Origin: a virus
Virus record (IMG/VR): IMGVR_UViG_3300045988_150048
Length of the DNA: 37,699 bases
Direction: 5' to 3' (one strand)
Below are positions 14,104 through 23,620 of the stretch, piece by piece; the first letter of the stretch is position 1; each line of letters starts with the position of its first letter. Below the pieces are notes generated by a model. That model made no database searches and was not told the DNA's origin. It saw only the letters and a program-made list of their open reading frames with translations. The translations under genes were made by a program, and so were the position numbers.

Positions 14104-15645
14104 ATGGAGCTATTGCAATTAGTTGAAAAATTCAAGAACGTTTTCAGCATAGAAAAAATTGAAGATGTTGTTGATGAATTAAAATCAACATTGTTAAATG
14201 CGGAAAAGTGTCGAAAGCTATGCGAAGATTGGATTTTAATATGTCCCGATTTAACAATAGATTATATGCAAATGATATTTCAATATTATTTTGCCGACCG
14301 CAAGGAAAAAATGCAAGACTACACACCGAAAAGCCTTGCGGTAGCGGTTGCAGAGTTATCAAAAACCAAAGATGAAAAAATTTGTTTAGATTTGTGTGCG
14401 GGAAGTGGAGCATTGACAATCCAAAAATGGAACGAGAATAACGATTTAAAATTTATATGCAAAGAATATGATAGTCGTGTTATTCCGTTTTTATTGTTTA
14501 ATTTGGCAATTAGAAATATTGACGCCGAAGTTATCCATTGTGATGTATTGTCAGATGAAAATTTCAAAACATACAGGACGCAAAAGGGTGATAGATTTGC
14601 AACGGTTAAAGAAGTAGATAAGAGTGAATTTAAAGCTGATTGTTGTATATCAAATCCGCCGTACAATATGAAATGGGAACAGCCGGTATTTGCACAATTA
14701 CAGAATAGATTTTCACAGTGCGAAGTACCGCCGGAAAGTAATGCGAATTATGCGTTTATATTGACTGCGTTAGATGAAATTAATGGCAAGGCAAGTTTTA
14801 TATTGCCGAATGGCGTGTTAAGCACTGACAATCAAAAGGAAAAGCAAATAAGACAGTATTTAGTCGAAATGAATTTCATAGAAAGTATAATTGTATGTCC
14901 AGATAAAATGTTTGAAGTTACGTCAATACCAACGTGTATTATAACATTTAACAAAAATAAAAAACATTCAACGATAGAAATGATTGACCTGCGACAGAGG
15001 TATGAAACGGAACAACGAATGCAAAACGGACAGTTTGGCGGCAAAAGTCACACTAACAGGACATACGCAAAAGAGGTCAAGATTATATCCGAAAGTCAGA
15101 TACAAGATGTATTAATACAAATTGAACAGTACGGAAATATAGCGGGTTACTGCAAGGCAGTAAGCATTGAAGAAATAAAAAACAATAATTATGTATTGGT
15201 GCCAAGCCGATACATAGAGTTTGAGAATATAGAAAATGCACATAGACCGTACAACGAAATAGTTGCGGATATTAACAGAATTATAACTGAAAAAAATACT
15301 TGTAAACTAACAATAAACGAAACAATCGCCAAGTCTTTAGGATTTGACATTGAACTGTTCAAGCAGGACAACGGTACAAATAATGATTTCTCAAAATTGA
15401 CAGAAAAAATATGTGGTGAAAAGATTGTAAAAAATGATTATTTCAAAACAACAAAAAATAAAAATGAAATAACATTTTCAAATAACAGCAAAGAAAATAT
15501 TTCAAGCATTCTTATGATGATATTTAACACGTGGAAACAACACATATATTATCTAAATTTTGAAGAAAACAGATATTTAGCAGAACTTCGGGACGCACTG
15601 TTGCCGGAGCTGATGAGTGGCAAGATTGATGTAAGCAATATATAA
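14104..15645 (+). CDS. Orphan gamma-class N6-adenine DNA methyltransferase with an HsdS-like C-terminal extension
   Basis: Motif I DLCAGSGAL. Motif IV ISNPPYNMKW. NNNYVLVPSRY is the HsdM/type IIG C-terminal signature. The terminal LRDALLPELMSGKIDV resembles the conserved HsdS helix. No nuclease partner is present in the genome. Confidence 0.85.
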   Translation: MELLQLVEKFKNVFSIEKIEDVVDELKSTLLNAEKCRKLCEDWILICPDLTIDYMQMIFQYYFADRKEKMQDYTPKSLAVAVAELSKTKDEKICLDLCAGSGALTIQKWNENNDLKFICKEYDSRVIPFLLFNLAIRNIDAEVIHCDVLSDENFKTYRTQKGDRFATVKEVDKSEFKADCCISNPPYNMKWEQPVFAQLQNRFSQCEVPPESNANYAFILTALDEINGKASFILPNGVLSTDNQKEKQIRQYLVEMNFIESIIVCPDKMFEVTSIPTCIITFNKNKKHSTIEMIDLRQRYETEQRMQNGQFGGKSHTNRTYAKEVKIISESQIQDVLIQIEQYGNIAGYCKAVSIEEIKNNNYVLVPSRYIEFENIENAHRPYNEIVADINRIITEKNTCKLTINETIAKSLGFDIELFKQDNGTNNDFSKLTEKICGEKIVKNDYFKTTKNKNEITFSNNSKENISSILMMIFNTWKQHIYYLNFEENRYLAELRDALLPELMSGKIDVSNI

Positions 15646-15665
15646 ACGGTAGAAAGGATAAAACT

Positions 15666-15833
15666 ATGCTTGAAAAAATAAAAAAATATTTGCGAAAAAA
15701 GAAGTTTGAATATAAACGCAGAAAATTCTGCACTGAATGGAACAGACGAAACAGAAAATGGCGTGAATGTCGTCACAAACGTAAAATGTTTGAAAGAGAT
15801 CTGCGTAGGTGGCTAAGAGAATACGAAGGGTGA
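15666..15833 (+). CDS. Hypothetical highly basic small protein, 55 aa (below the ORF-track cutoff)
   Basis: RBS gaaagga. MLEKIKKYLRKKKFEYKRRKFCTEWNRRNRKWRECRHKRKMFERDLRRWLREYEG. Tightly packed between the methyltransferase and the recombinase. Confidence 0.5.
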   Translation: MLEKIKKYLRKKKFEYKRRKFCTEWNRRNRKWRECRHKRKMFERDLRRWLREYEG

Positions 15834-15837
15834 TTGT

Positions 15838-16386
15838 ATGAATACGGTTGAACCAATTCGTGATAAACGTGATGTATACGCAATCAAAAAATATCTGCGT
15901 CAAAAGGATATTAAATATTACATTATGTTCATTACAGGTATTTCATTAGGATTGCGTATTAATGAAATTTTGAAAATGACAGTAGGTGACGTTAAGGGGC
16001 GTAATACTGCAACGTTCCGGCAGAGCAAGACCGGAAAGGAAATCACGGTTGCATATAACGATGAGCTGTTGAGAGAATATAAAACCTACTGCGAACACCG
16101 TACACCGGAAGAGGCATTAATACCAAATCCAAACAATGAATACAAACCGATAACACGTGACATGGCTTACAAGGTTTTGCGTGAAGCAGCGGACCATGTA
16201 GGTATCAGATACAAAGTCGGCACACACACATTACGGAAGACGTGTGGCTACCACTATTACAGACAAACACACGATATAGTTACACTGCAAATATGGTTTA
16301 ATCACCGTAATGCCAGTGATACATTGCGGTATATTGGCGTTACAAAAGACAGTGTATTAACTGCTATGAAAAACTTTAAAATTTAA
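15838..16386 (+). CDS. Short tyrosine recombinase (catalytic domain only, 182 aa)
   Basis: GLRINEIL (Arg I), HTLRKT (His-x-x-Arg), NHRN (His/Trp position) and LRYIGV (Tyr nucleophile). Confidence 0.8.
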   Translation: MNTVEPIRDKRDVYAIKKYLRQKDIKYYIMFITGISLGLRINEILKMTVGDVKGRNTATFRQSKTGKEITVAYNDELLREYKTYCEHRTPEEALIPNPNNEYKPITRDMAYKVLREAADHVGIRYKVGTHTLRKTCGYHYYRQTHDIVTLQIWFNHRNASDTLRYIGVTKDSVLTAMKNFKI

Positions 16387-16517
16387 TTTTGTTATACATA
16401 AATGTTCAACGTATAATGAAACCCCGGTTTTTTGTGTGCATTTATTAGTAGGAACTGAACTGATTCAATTATACACAATAACAGGTTATGTATAATAGAC
16501 CGAAAGGACGAATGACA

Positions 16518-16874
16518 ATGGCACAGGCTGCACTACACGTATGTAACAAATGCGGATGTCACCGACTGACACACGACACATATTGTGAATTACATCAACA
16601 TTTGAAACGACAATATGACGACCACAGGGAATCGGCGAGCAAGCGAGGATATAACGGACGTTGGCGAAAAGCAAGCAAGACATATCTATTGTCACATCCG
16701 TTTTGTATTCGCTGTCTGCAACAGGGAAGATACGAGAAAGCCACAGTTGTAGACCACATCACACCGCACAAGGGAAATCAACAGCTGTTCTGGGACAGGA
16801 ACAACTGGCAACCACTGTGCAAGCAATGCCATGACCGTAAGACAGCGACAGAAGACGGCGGTTTTGGTAGATAA
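16518..16874 (+). CDS. HNH endonuclease (packaging-associated)
   Basis: VDHITPHKGN...FWDRNNWQPLCKQCHDRKT is an HNH motif. Sits immediately upstream of terS/terL. Start is uncertain (ATG 16488, 16512 or 16518); 16518 has the best RBS spacing. Confidence 0.88.
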   Translation: MAQAALHVCNKCGCHRLTHDTYCELHQHLKRQYDDHRESASKRGYNGRWRKASKTYLLSHPFCIRCLQQGRYEKATVVDHITPHKGNQQLFWDRNNWQPLCKQCHDRKTATEDGGFGR

Positions 16875-17012
16875 TATTAAAAAATTTTTTCTTTCGTGAA
16901 GATTTTTTTTCACGGGAGGGGGTATCAAAATTGTTTTTGCGAATATGCGGTAGACCGTTGCCATATATAGAGAGACACGCACGCAAGTTTTCGAGAGGGG
17001 GTTAAACCGAAA
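16875..17012 (+). other. Candidate cos / packaging-initiation region
   Basis: Intergenic region between HNH and terS. Contains the hairpin cgtgaa..ttcacg plus G-runs gggaggggg and gagaggggg. Position follows the HNH-terminase cos-phage paradigm. Confidence 0.4.
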
Positions 17013-17522
17013 ATGGGAGCAAGAGGACCAACGAAAAAACCGGCAGAGCTGGAGGAACTACACGGCAATCCCGGACATAGAAAAACTGAAAACAGATTGC
17101 AATTTTCAAAACCGGAAAAAGTTCCGTCACCGCCGGTGTTCCTAAATAAAATTGCAAAAAAAGAGTGGAAACGATTAGCACCGATTGTATTCAATGCCGG
17201 AATGCTGACGGATGCAGATGTAGGAACATTTGCCGCATACTGCGATTCATATGCACAGTGGGTATTAGCTGAAAAGGCGATACAGGCAAAACAACCGGAC
17301 AAAAATTCTCCTGCACCGCTGACGTTTATCACCGCCAAAGGGTATGAACAACAAATACCTGAAATCAGCATTTCAAACACTGCAAAAAAACAAATGCTGA
17401 CGTTCGCCAAAGAGTTCGGATTGACACCGTCATCAAGAGCCGGAATGACAAACCCGGTAGAAACCGAGGACAAAAAAGCAAGTATTATGGAATTCATCAG
17501 CAAGAAGAACAGGAGTGCGTAA
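17013..17522 (+). CDS. terS: Terminase small subunit, P27 family
   Basis: MGARGPTKKPAELEELHGNPGHRK.. and ..FGLTPSSR are typical of P27-family small terminases. Confidence 0.88.
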   Translation: MGARGPTKKPAELEELHGNPGHRKTENRLQFSKPEKVPSPPVFLNKIAKKEWKRLAPIVFNAGMLTDADVGTFAAYCDSYAQWVLAEKAIQAKQPDKNSPAPLTFITAKGYEQQIPEISISNTAKKQMLTFAKEFGLTPSSRAGMTNPVETEDKKASIMEFISKKNRSA

Positions 17523-17525
17523 ACT

Positions 17526-19226
17526 ATGGATTCGGTAACATCATATGCGAAAAAAGTCGTAGCTGGCAAGATTATTGCAGGTGATTCGGTAAAAAAAGCG
17601 TGCAAGCGACATCTGAAAGATTTAAAAAAATCTAAAAGAAAAGATTATCCGTACTACTTTGATGCAGAGCAAGCAGAATATTGTTTTGCATTCGCTGAAA
17701 ATTACTGCCGACACAGCAAAGGAAAGTGGGCAGGCAAGCCACTGATATTAGAAGATTGGCAGAGATTTGTTGTAGGTTCTATATTCGGGTGGAAGCGTAA
17801 AGATGATGATACACGCCGATTCAGATATTTTTACATTCAGGTGGCACGAAAAAACGGAAAATCTACGTTGATGGCGTTCATCGGACTATATGTTATTGTT
17901 TGTGACGGTGAAAACGGTGCTGAAATTTATTCGGCAGCAACCAAAAAGGACCAAGCACGAATTATATTTGACGAGGCAAAGAATATGATTGGGAAGTCAC
18001 CGGAGCTACGAACTATATTGACAACGTACCGGAACAACATCACTTTTGATGCACAATTATCAAAATTTGAACCGCTATCGTCAGACAGTGAAACTTTGGA
18101 CGGTTTAAATGTGCATTTGGGATTGATTGATGAGTTGCACGCACACAAAACAGGTGATGTGTACAATATTTTGGACAGTGCGACAGGTGCAAGAACACAG
18201 CCATTAATCGGAACAGGAACGACCGCAGGCAGAAATCCAAACTGTTTTTGTAAAGAATTATATGACTATTACAAAAATATTTTGAATGAAACTGTTGAAA
18301 ATGAGAATATTTTCATTTACATAGCAGAATTAGACGAAGATGACGATTGGACAGATCCGCAAAACTGGATAAAAGCCAATCCGAATATAAATGTCAGCGT
18401 CAACCTAAACGATATGAAAAGTGTTTATACTGCATCTAAAAATATTCCGTCAAAATTGAATGAGTTCAAGTGTAAAAAACTGAATATGTGGGTTACTGAT
18501 ACCGCTTCATGGGCAAATATGGAGCAGTACAATAAACCACCGACTTTGAAAATCACCAAAGAAGATTTAATCGGTAAAAAGTGTTATGCCGCAGGCGATT
18601 TGGCGGTCCGTAACGACTTGGCAAGTGTCGTTTTTGAATTTCCTTTGAGTGACAGATATTTTGCAGCTTTGCACCACAGTTTTATACCGGAAGACAAGAT
18701 TTTTGATAATTCACAGAAACATCACATTGATTATCAACGGTATATTGATATGGGATATATAACGGCAACACCCGGTAATGCGGTTGATTTTGACTATATC
18801 GAAGATTATATCCTGCGAATGCGTGATAAGTATGACATTTTGGAAGTCTGCTTGGACCCGTGGAACGCAACGCAGTTGGAATCGCACCTAATTGACGAGG
18901 GTATGAAAGTTGTTGAGGTCCGACAAGGATTTAAAACATTATCAGAGCCGACCAAAGAATTGGGGATAACGATTGAAGAACGCAAATTAATACACTTTGA
19001 CGATCCGATATTGAAGTGGGCGGTTGGAAATACAGTAGTTACGTTTGATGAAAACGGTAATGTTAGACCGAATAAGGCGAAGAGTATCAATAAAATTGAT
19101 CCTGCAATGGCACTGATAATAGCACACACCAGAGCATATACACATGAATTGAATTATGTTGATGTCAACGCAATAGCAGCGGCACAACTGGCAGAATATG
19201 AAGAAATGTTGAGAGGTCAGATATAA
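17526..19226 (+). CDS. terL: Terminase large subunit
   Basis: 566 aa. Walker A-like ARKNGKST and DELH (Walker B). A C-terminal nuclease domain is assumed from length only. Position between terS and portal. Confidence 0.92.
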   Translation: MDSVTSYAKKVVAGKIIAGDSVKKACKRHLKDLKKSKRKDYPYYFDAEQAEYCFAFAENYCRHSKGKWAGKPLILEDWQRFVVGSIFGWKRKDDDTRRFRYFYIQVARKNGKSTLMAFIGLYVIVCDGENGAEIYSAATKKDQARIIFDEAKNMIGKSPELRTILTTYRNNITFDAQLSKFEPLSSDSETLDGLNVHLGLIDELHAHKTGDVYNILDSATGARTQPLIGTGTTAGRNPNCFCKELYDYYKNILNETVENENIFIYIAELDEDDDWTDPQNWIKANPNINVSVNLNDMKSVYTASKNIPSKLNEFKCKKLNMWVTDTASWANMEQYNKPPTLKITKEDLIGKKCYAAGDLAVRNDLASVVFEFPLSDRYFAALHHSFIPEDKIFDNSQKHHIDYQRYIDMGYITATPGNAVDFDYIEDYILRMRDKYDILEVCLDPWNATQLESHLIDEGMKVVEVRQGFKTLSEPTKELGITIEERKLIHFDDPILKWAVGNTVVTFDENGNVRPNKAKSINKIDPAMALIIAHTRAYTHELNYVDVNAIAAAQLAEYEEMLRGQI

Positions 19227-20479
19227 TGAAATTTTTTAACAGAATAAAATCGGCATTTTATGCACTGACACATGATACAACGACAATATCATTGTTAGAT
19301 GAACGATTTTGGACGCAGTACGGCAGTATACGGAACAGCAAACTGTCGGAAGTGACATATTTCACCTGTCTAAAAACGTTATCTGAGGCGGTTGCAAAAC
19401 TGCCGTTAAAGATGTATCAGGAAACAACGAAAGGTGTCAGCAAGGCAAAAAATTCAGCATTATACAATGTGCTGAAAGTACGACCGAATAAGAATATGAC
19501 TGCAACGACGTTTTGGGCAACAGTTGTAACGGTGATGTATCATTACGGAAATTGTTATGTATATATCGCACGGAACAAAGAGCCTGAGTTGTTAATATTG
19601 GATAACCGATATATGACTGTCTATGATGACAATGCAAAGTTAATAGATGATAACGGCGGAGTTTGGTATATATATTCCGAACCGGTAACCGGAAAGGTAT
19701 ATAAATTCAGCACTGATGAAATATTGCATTTTAAAACATATATGACGTTTGACGGCATTATGGGATTGGCGGTTAAGGATGTGCTGGCACTGACGATTGA
19801 CGGAGCAATGGACAGTCAAAAATTTATCAAGAATTTATATGAAACAGGTTTGACAGGTAAAGTTGCTGTTGAATATACGGCAGATTTGAATGAGGATTTG
19901 CGAAAGAAATTAATAAGCACTATTGAAACGGCAGCATCGGCGAACAGTGCATTAACGTTTATTCCGATTCCTGCCGGAATGAAGTTAAATCCGTTAAATT
20001 TGAAATTGACAGACGCACAGTTTTTGGAATTGAAAAAGTATACGGCATTACAGATTGCCGGAGCATTCGGTATAAAACCAAATCAATTAAATGATTATGA
20101 GAAATCAAGCTATGCAAACAGTGAAGCACAGCAACAAGCATTTTTGACCGACACAATGTTGGTTATTCTAAAGGGTTTGGAAGAAGAATTGGCAAGTAAA
20201 TTGCTTACATCGGAAGAACTTCAACAAGGATATTTTTTCAAATTCAATGTTGATGTCGTGCTACGAGCGACATTTTCACAAAGAATGGAAGGTTATGCGA
20301 AAGCCAGACAGAACGGCTGGTTATCCGCTAATGATATACGCAGTAAGGAAGATATGCCACATATTCCTGAAGAAGATGGCGGTAACGCATACCTAATCAA
20401 CGGTAATATGATACCGTTAAAAGTTGCTATGGAAGGAGGAAGTCAAAATGCCAAGACACAGGAACAAGAAACAGAATAG
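19226..20479 (+). CDS. Portal protein (HK97 family)
   Basis: 417 aa, directly after terL with an ATG overlapping its stop. Followed by the protease and capsid genes. Confidence 0.88.
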   Translation: MKFFNRIKSAFYALTHDTTTISLLDERFWTQYGSIRNSKLSEVTYFTCLKTLSEAVAKLPLKMYQETTKGVSKAKNSALYNVLKVRPNKNMTATTFWATVVTVMYHYGNCYVYIARNKEPELLILDNRYMTVYDDNAKLIDDNGGVWYIYSEPVTGKVYKFSTDEILHFKTYMTFDGIMGLAVKDVLALTIDGAMDSQKFIKNLYETGLTGKVAVEYTADLNEDLRKKLISTIETAASANSALTFIPIPAGMKLNPLNLKLTDAQFLELKKYTALQIAGAFGIKPNQLNDYEKSSYANSEAQQQAFLTDTMLVILKGLEEELASKLLTSEELQQGYFFKFNVDVVLRATFSQRMEGYAKARQNGWLSANDIRSKEDMPHIPEEDGGNAYLINGNMIPLKVAMEGGSQNAKTQEQETE

Positions 20480-21293
20480 TTTCAAGTGTTATATCCGAAA
20501 TCAGACCGATGATTCAGCCGATATTTATTTTTACGGCGATATTGTCGGGAATGACGGGGATAAATGGTGGGGAAATGATGATAAATGCCCATCTGACGTA
20601 GCCACACTGTTGAAAGAATGTGAAAATGTCAGTCAGCTGAATATCTATGTAAATAGTAATGGCGGTGATGTATTTGCCGGTAATGCTATTTATAATATGC
20701 TGAAACGGCATAAGGCACATAAAACAGTGTATGTTGACGGTTTGGCAGCGTCTATTGCGTCAGTCATTGTTATGGCAGGTGATGAAATCATTATGCCGGC
20801 AAATTCCTATTTGATGATTCACAAAGCGTGGACGTATGCAATGGGAAATGCCAACGATTTGCGTGAAACAGCGGACAGATTGGAAAACATCGAACAAACG
20901 ATTGTCGATACATACATGGAAAATGTCGCTGAAAATATCACCGAAGATGACATCAAACAGAAAATGTCTGATGAAACGTGGTTGTCGGCAAAGGATGCGG
21001 CGGAATTATTCCCACGAATACAGGAAGATGAAAACATAGATGTGGCAGCGTGTATTTCGTCTATAACCTACAACAATATTCCTAAAAATGTCGTTGTCAA
21101 AAATGATGACGAAGATGATGAGGAAGAAGATCCGAAACCGAAAAAGACGGATGAAGATGATGAGGAAGAAGATCCGAACCCCAAAAAGACGGACGAGGAA
21201 GAACAGAAAGAAAAAAACAGCAACGAATTGGATATGTTAGACAATTTCGTATTTATGGAAGGAGCAATAGAAAATGAACAAGAAGATGCGTGA
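20448..21293 (+). CDS. ClpP-type (S14) prohead protease with an acidic repeat tail
   Basis: IYVNSNGGDVFAGNAIYNMLK...VYVDGLAASIASVI.MAGDEIIMP.NSYLMIHKAW is the ClpP fold pattern. RBS ggaaggagga lies before ATG 20448. Confidence 0.88.
   Translation: MPRHRNKKQNSFKCYIRNQTDDSADIYFYGDIVGNDGDKWWGNDDKCPSDVATLLKECENVSQLNIYVNSNGGDVFAGNAIYNMLKRHKAHKTVYVDGLAASIASVIVMAGDEIIMPANSYLMIHKAWTYAMGNANDLRETADRLENIEQTIVDTYMENVAENITEDDIKQKMSDETWLSAKDAAELFPRIQEDENIDVAACISSITYNNIPKNVVVKNDDEDDEEEDPKPKKTDEDDEEEDPNPKKTDEEEQKEKNSNELDMLDNFVFMEGAIENEQEDA
21111..21194 (+). repeat. 2 x 42-bp tandem repeat encoding EDDEEEDP(K/N)PKKTD
   Basis: 21111..21152 versus 21153..21194 are near-identical (3 mismatches by eye), within the protease 3' end. 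Confidence 0.85.
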
Positions 21294-22407
21294 ATTACTA
21301 GCAAAAATTAAAGAGAAAAATTCACAAGCAAGAAATTTTCAAAATGAAGGTAAGTTTGCTGAGGCAAAGCAACTAATTGACGAAATCAAGGATTTGCAAA
21401 CATCATACGAAAATGAAAAAGCATTATTTGAAATGGAAAGGGACAACGTACCAGAAGAACCAAAGAACAAAACAACAGCAAACGGTTTTTCTGTTATGGC
21501 AAAGATTGCACTAAGAAAAAAATTGACCGAAGCGGAAAATGCATTGGTTACAGGCACAAACGGTACAGACGGTGAGAATTTCCTAATTCCTGAAGATGTT
21601 GATACAACAATCAGAGAATTAAGAAAGACATATATGTCAGCAAAAGATTTGGTAACAGTAGTACCGACATCATCATTAACCGGTAGTTTCGTATTTGAAA
21701 AGGGTGTTCCGACAGGTTTGGCAGATTTTGAAGATGGCGATACAATCACAGAAGGCACTAAACCATCATTTGAACAGAAAAAATTCCAAGTTACACACAA
21801 AGGTAAGGTTTTCCCTATTTCAAATATACTATTGGAATCGGAAAAGGCTGGTTTGACATCATACCTAAATAACTGGTTTGTTAAAAATTCAATCATCAGT
21901 GAAAATACAGACATTTTCACAGCATTGCAAAACGGTAAAACGGCAAAGGCAATAAAGGGATTAGATGAATTGAAATCATCAATCAACAAAGATTTGGACC
22001 CATCCGCCCGAATCGGTGCAGTTATTGTCACAAACCAAACAGGATTTGACATTATGGACAGTGAAAAGGACGCAGTCGGCAGACCAATTTTAAAGGAAGA
22101 CTATGTAACACCGACACAAAAGTTGTTCCAAGGACTACCTGTAATTGTGTTCCCAGATGCACAACTGCCAAACACCAAAGCAGGACAAGCACCGATTTTC
22201 TACGGAAATCTTAAAGCCGGTTGTTATTTCATTGATAGGAAAGGTTATCAGTTTGCAGTATCAACTGAATATCAATTCGGTGCAAATATGACAACTATGC
22301 GTGTGATCGAAAGCTATGACGTCATTCAGGCAGATAGTTCTACATACATCTACGGAACAATAACGGCAGCGGAAGGCAAGGCTGTAACGACAAAAGCAGC
22401 TGCGTAA
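21274..22407 (+). CDS. Major capsid protein (HK97 fold) with an N-terminal coiled-coil delta/scaffold domain
   Basis: 377 aa following the protease. The N-terminal region of about 100 aa is helical (MRELLAKIKEKNSQARNF..). Confidence 0.88.
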   Translation: MNKKMRELLAKIKEKNSQARNFQNEGKFAEAKQLIDEIKDLQTSYENEKALFEMERDNVPEEPKNKTTANGFSVMAKIALRKKLTEAENALVTGTNGTDGENFLIPEDVDTTIRELRKTYMSAKDLVTVVPTSSLTGSFVFEKGVPTGLADFEDGDTITEGTKPSFEQKKFQVTHKGKVFPISNILLESEKAGLTSYLNNWFVKNSIISENTDIFTALQNGKTAKAIKGLDELKSSINKDLDPSARIGAVIVTNQTGFDIMDSEKDAVGRPILKEDYVTPTQKLFQGLPVIVFPDAQLPNTKAGQAPIFYGNLKAGCYFIDRKGYQFAVSTEYQFGANMTTMRVIESYDVIQADSSTYIYGTITAAEGKAVTTKAAA

Positions 22408-22426
22408 TGAATGGGAGGGGTGAAGA

Positions 22427-22720
22427 ATGTCCCTAACATTGGAAGAAGTAAAGAATTTTCTGCGATTAGATACATCCGATGATGATACATTGTTGGAAAT
22501 ATACATATCAACGGCGGAAGAATACGTCAAATCAGCATGTGGTAGGCAGGTAGATTTGGACAATCCAAAAGCACATACCGTAATGCTGATGTTGGTGGGC
22601 GACTATTACGAAAACCGTAGTCCATACGGACAGACAAAGTATAGTCAGAATGTTTCAACTATGCTAATGCAGTTACAGTTGGAAACGCCACAAGATACTG
22701 GTGATGAGGTGAAAGAATAA
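22427..22720 (+). CDS. Head-tail connector (gp6-like)
   Basis: LTLEEVKNFLRLD..DDDTLLEIYISTAEEYV is typical of gp6-like connectors. Confidence 0.75.
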   Translation: MSLTLEEVKNFLRLDTSDDDTLLEIYISTAEEYVKSACGRQVDLDNPKAHTVMLMLVGDYYENRSPYGQTKYSQNVSTMLMQLQLETPQDTGDEVKE

Positions 22721-23163
22721 TGGATTTTGCAAAGCTAAGGCACAAAGTTGTATTTTTAAAGCCGTCAACATCAGAAATAAACGAACAGTCAGAGCAAGTT
22801 ATCGGGTGGTTTCCGTTCCACCCGGTGACAAAGACTGCAAGTGATGATGTATATTCTACGCAAGACGGCGAAATCTGTTTTAAAAGCGGAGTTTTAAGCG
22901 GTTTAAATAATGTGTTTGCCAATTACGGTGTTCGTGCATATGTTTCGCCTGCAACAGGTAGGGAATATGATGAATCGCAGAAAATTAGAGCAGAAACAAC
23001 ATACAACGTGGTAACACGTTATTTTAACGGCATTGAAAGTAATATGAAAATTCTGTACGGTGCAAAGGTATTTGACATAGTATCCGTATTGGATATAAAT
23101 GAGAGTCACAGGGAATTAAAAATCGTATGTTCAGAGGTGGACAGGTATGGCAAGAGCGAATAA
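22720..23163 (+). CDS. Head closure / head-tail adaptor protein
   Basis: Position, and the C-terminal pattern ..YNVVTRYFNGI..NMKILYGAKVFDIVSVLD..ESHRELKIVC typical of the Phage_H_T_join family. Confidence 0.7.
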   Translation: MDFAKLRHKVVFLKPSTSEINEQSEQVIGWFPFHPVTKTASDDVYSTQDGEICFKSGVLSGLNNVFANYGVRAYVSPATGREYDESQKIRAETTYNVVTRYFNGIESNMKILYGAKVFDIVSVLDINESHRELKIVCSEVDRYGKSE

Positions 23164-23620
23164 AGATGTATTCGGTTTTGATGAATTGGAAAAATCGTTC
23201 AAACGTTTTGAAAAAAACTATCCGGACAAAGCAGATGCACTTTTAATGGCACAGGGACAAGCAGTCAATAGAAAGACAAAATCGCTTTCGCCCGTAAAGA
23301 CAAAAAAACTCCGCAATTCGTGGCGATTAAAGAAAGTCAAACTATACAAGGGTGGAACAGTTCGAGTTGTGCGAATACAATCAGGAGCACCACATGCACA
23401 TTTAGTTGAATATGGACACGAAATATATCGAGGTGGAAAGACACGAGTACGAGGGAAAAAATTAAACCGAGTAGAGTTAGCAGCAAGAGGAGTTAAATTT
23501 CTTGGTCGAGTTGAAGGTAAACTTGTACTTTATACAGCAATGAATGAAGCCAAAAATAGATTTGACCGTGAGGCAGACAAGATGTTAGATAGATTAGTGG
23601 AGGAATTTGATAATGATTAA
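23147..23620 (+). CDS. HK97 gp10-family tail-connector protein
   Basis: KTKSLSPVKTKKLRNSWR and APHAHLVEYGH motifs. Confidence 0.75.
   Translation: MARANKDVFGFDELEKSFKRFEKNYPDKADALLMAQGQAVNRKTKSLSPVKTKKLRNSWRLKKVKLYKGGTVRVVRIQSGAPHAHLVEYGHEIYRGGKTRVRGKKLNRVELAARGVKFLGRVEGKLVLYTAMNEAKNRFDREADKMLDRLVEEFDND

Noticed and set aside
15524-15903. Three overlapping minus-strand ORFs (15524..15733, 15549..15776, 15664..15903) between the methyltransferase and the recombinase, considered as possible inverted TRD cassettes.
   Set aside because: Their translations are Phe/Ser/Ile-rich low-complexity products of an A-rich plus strand and have no similarity to the methyltransferase C-terminus. The plus strand carries an RBS-preceded 55-aa ORF here.
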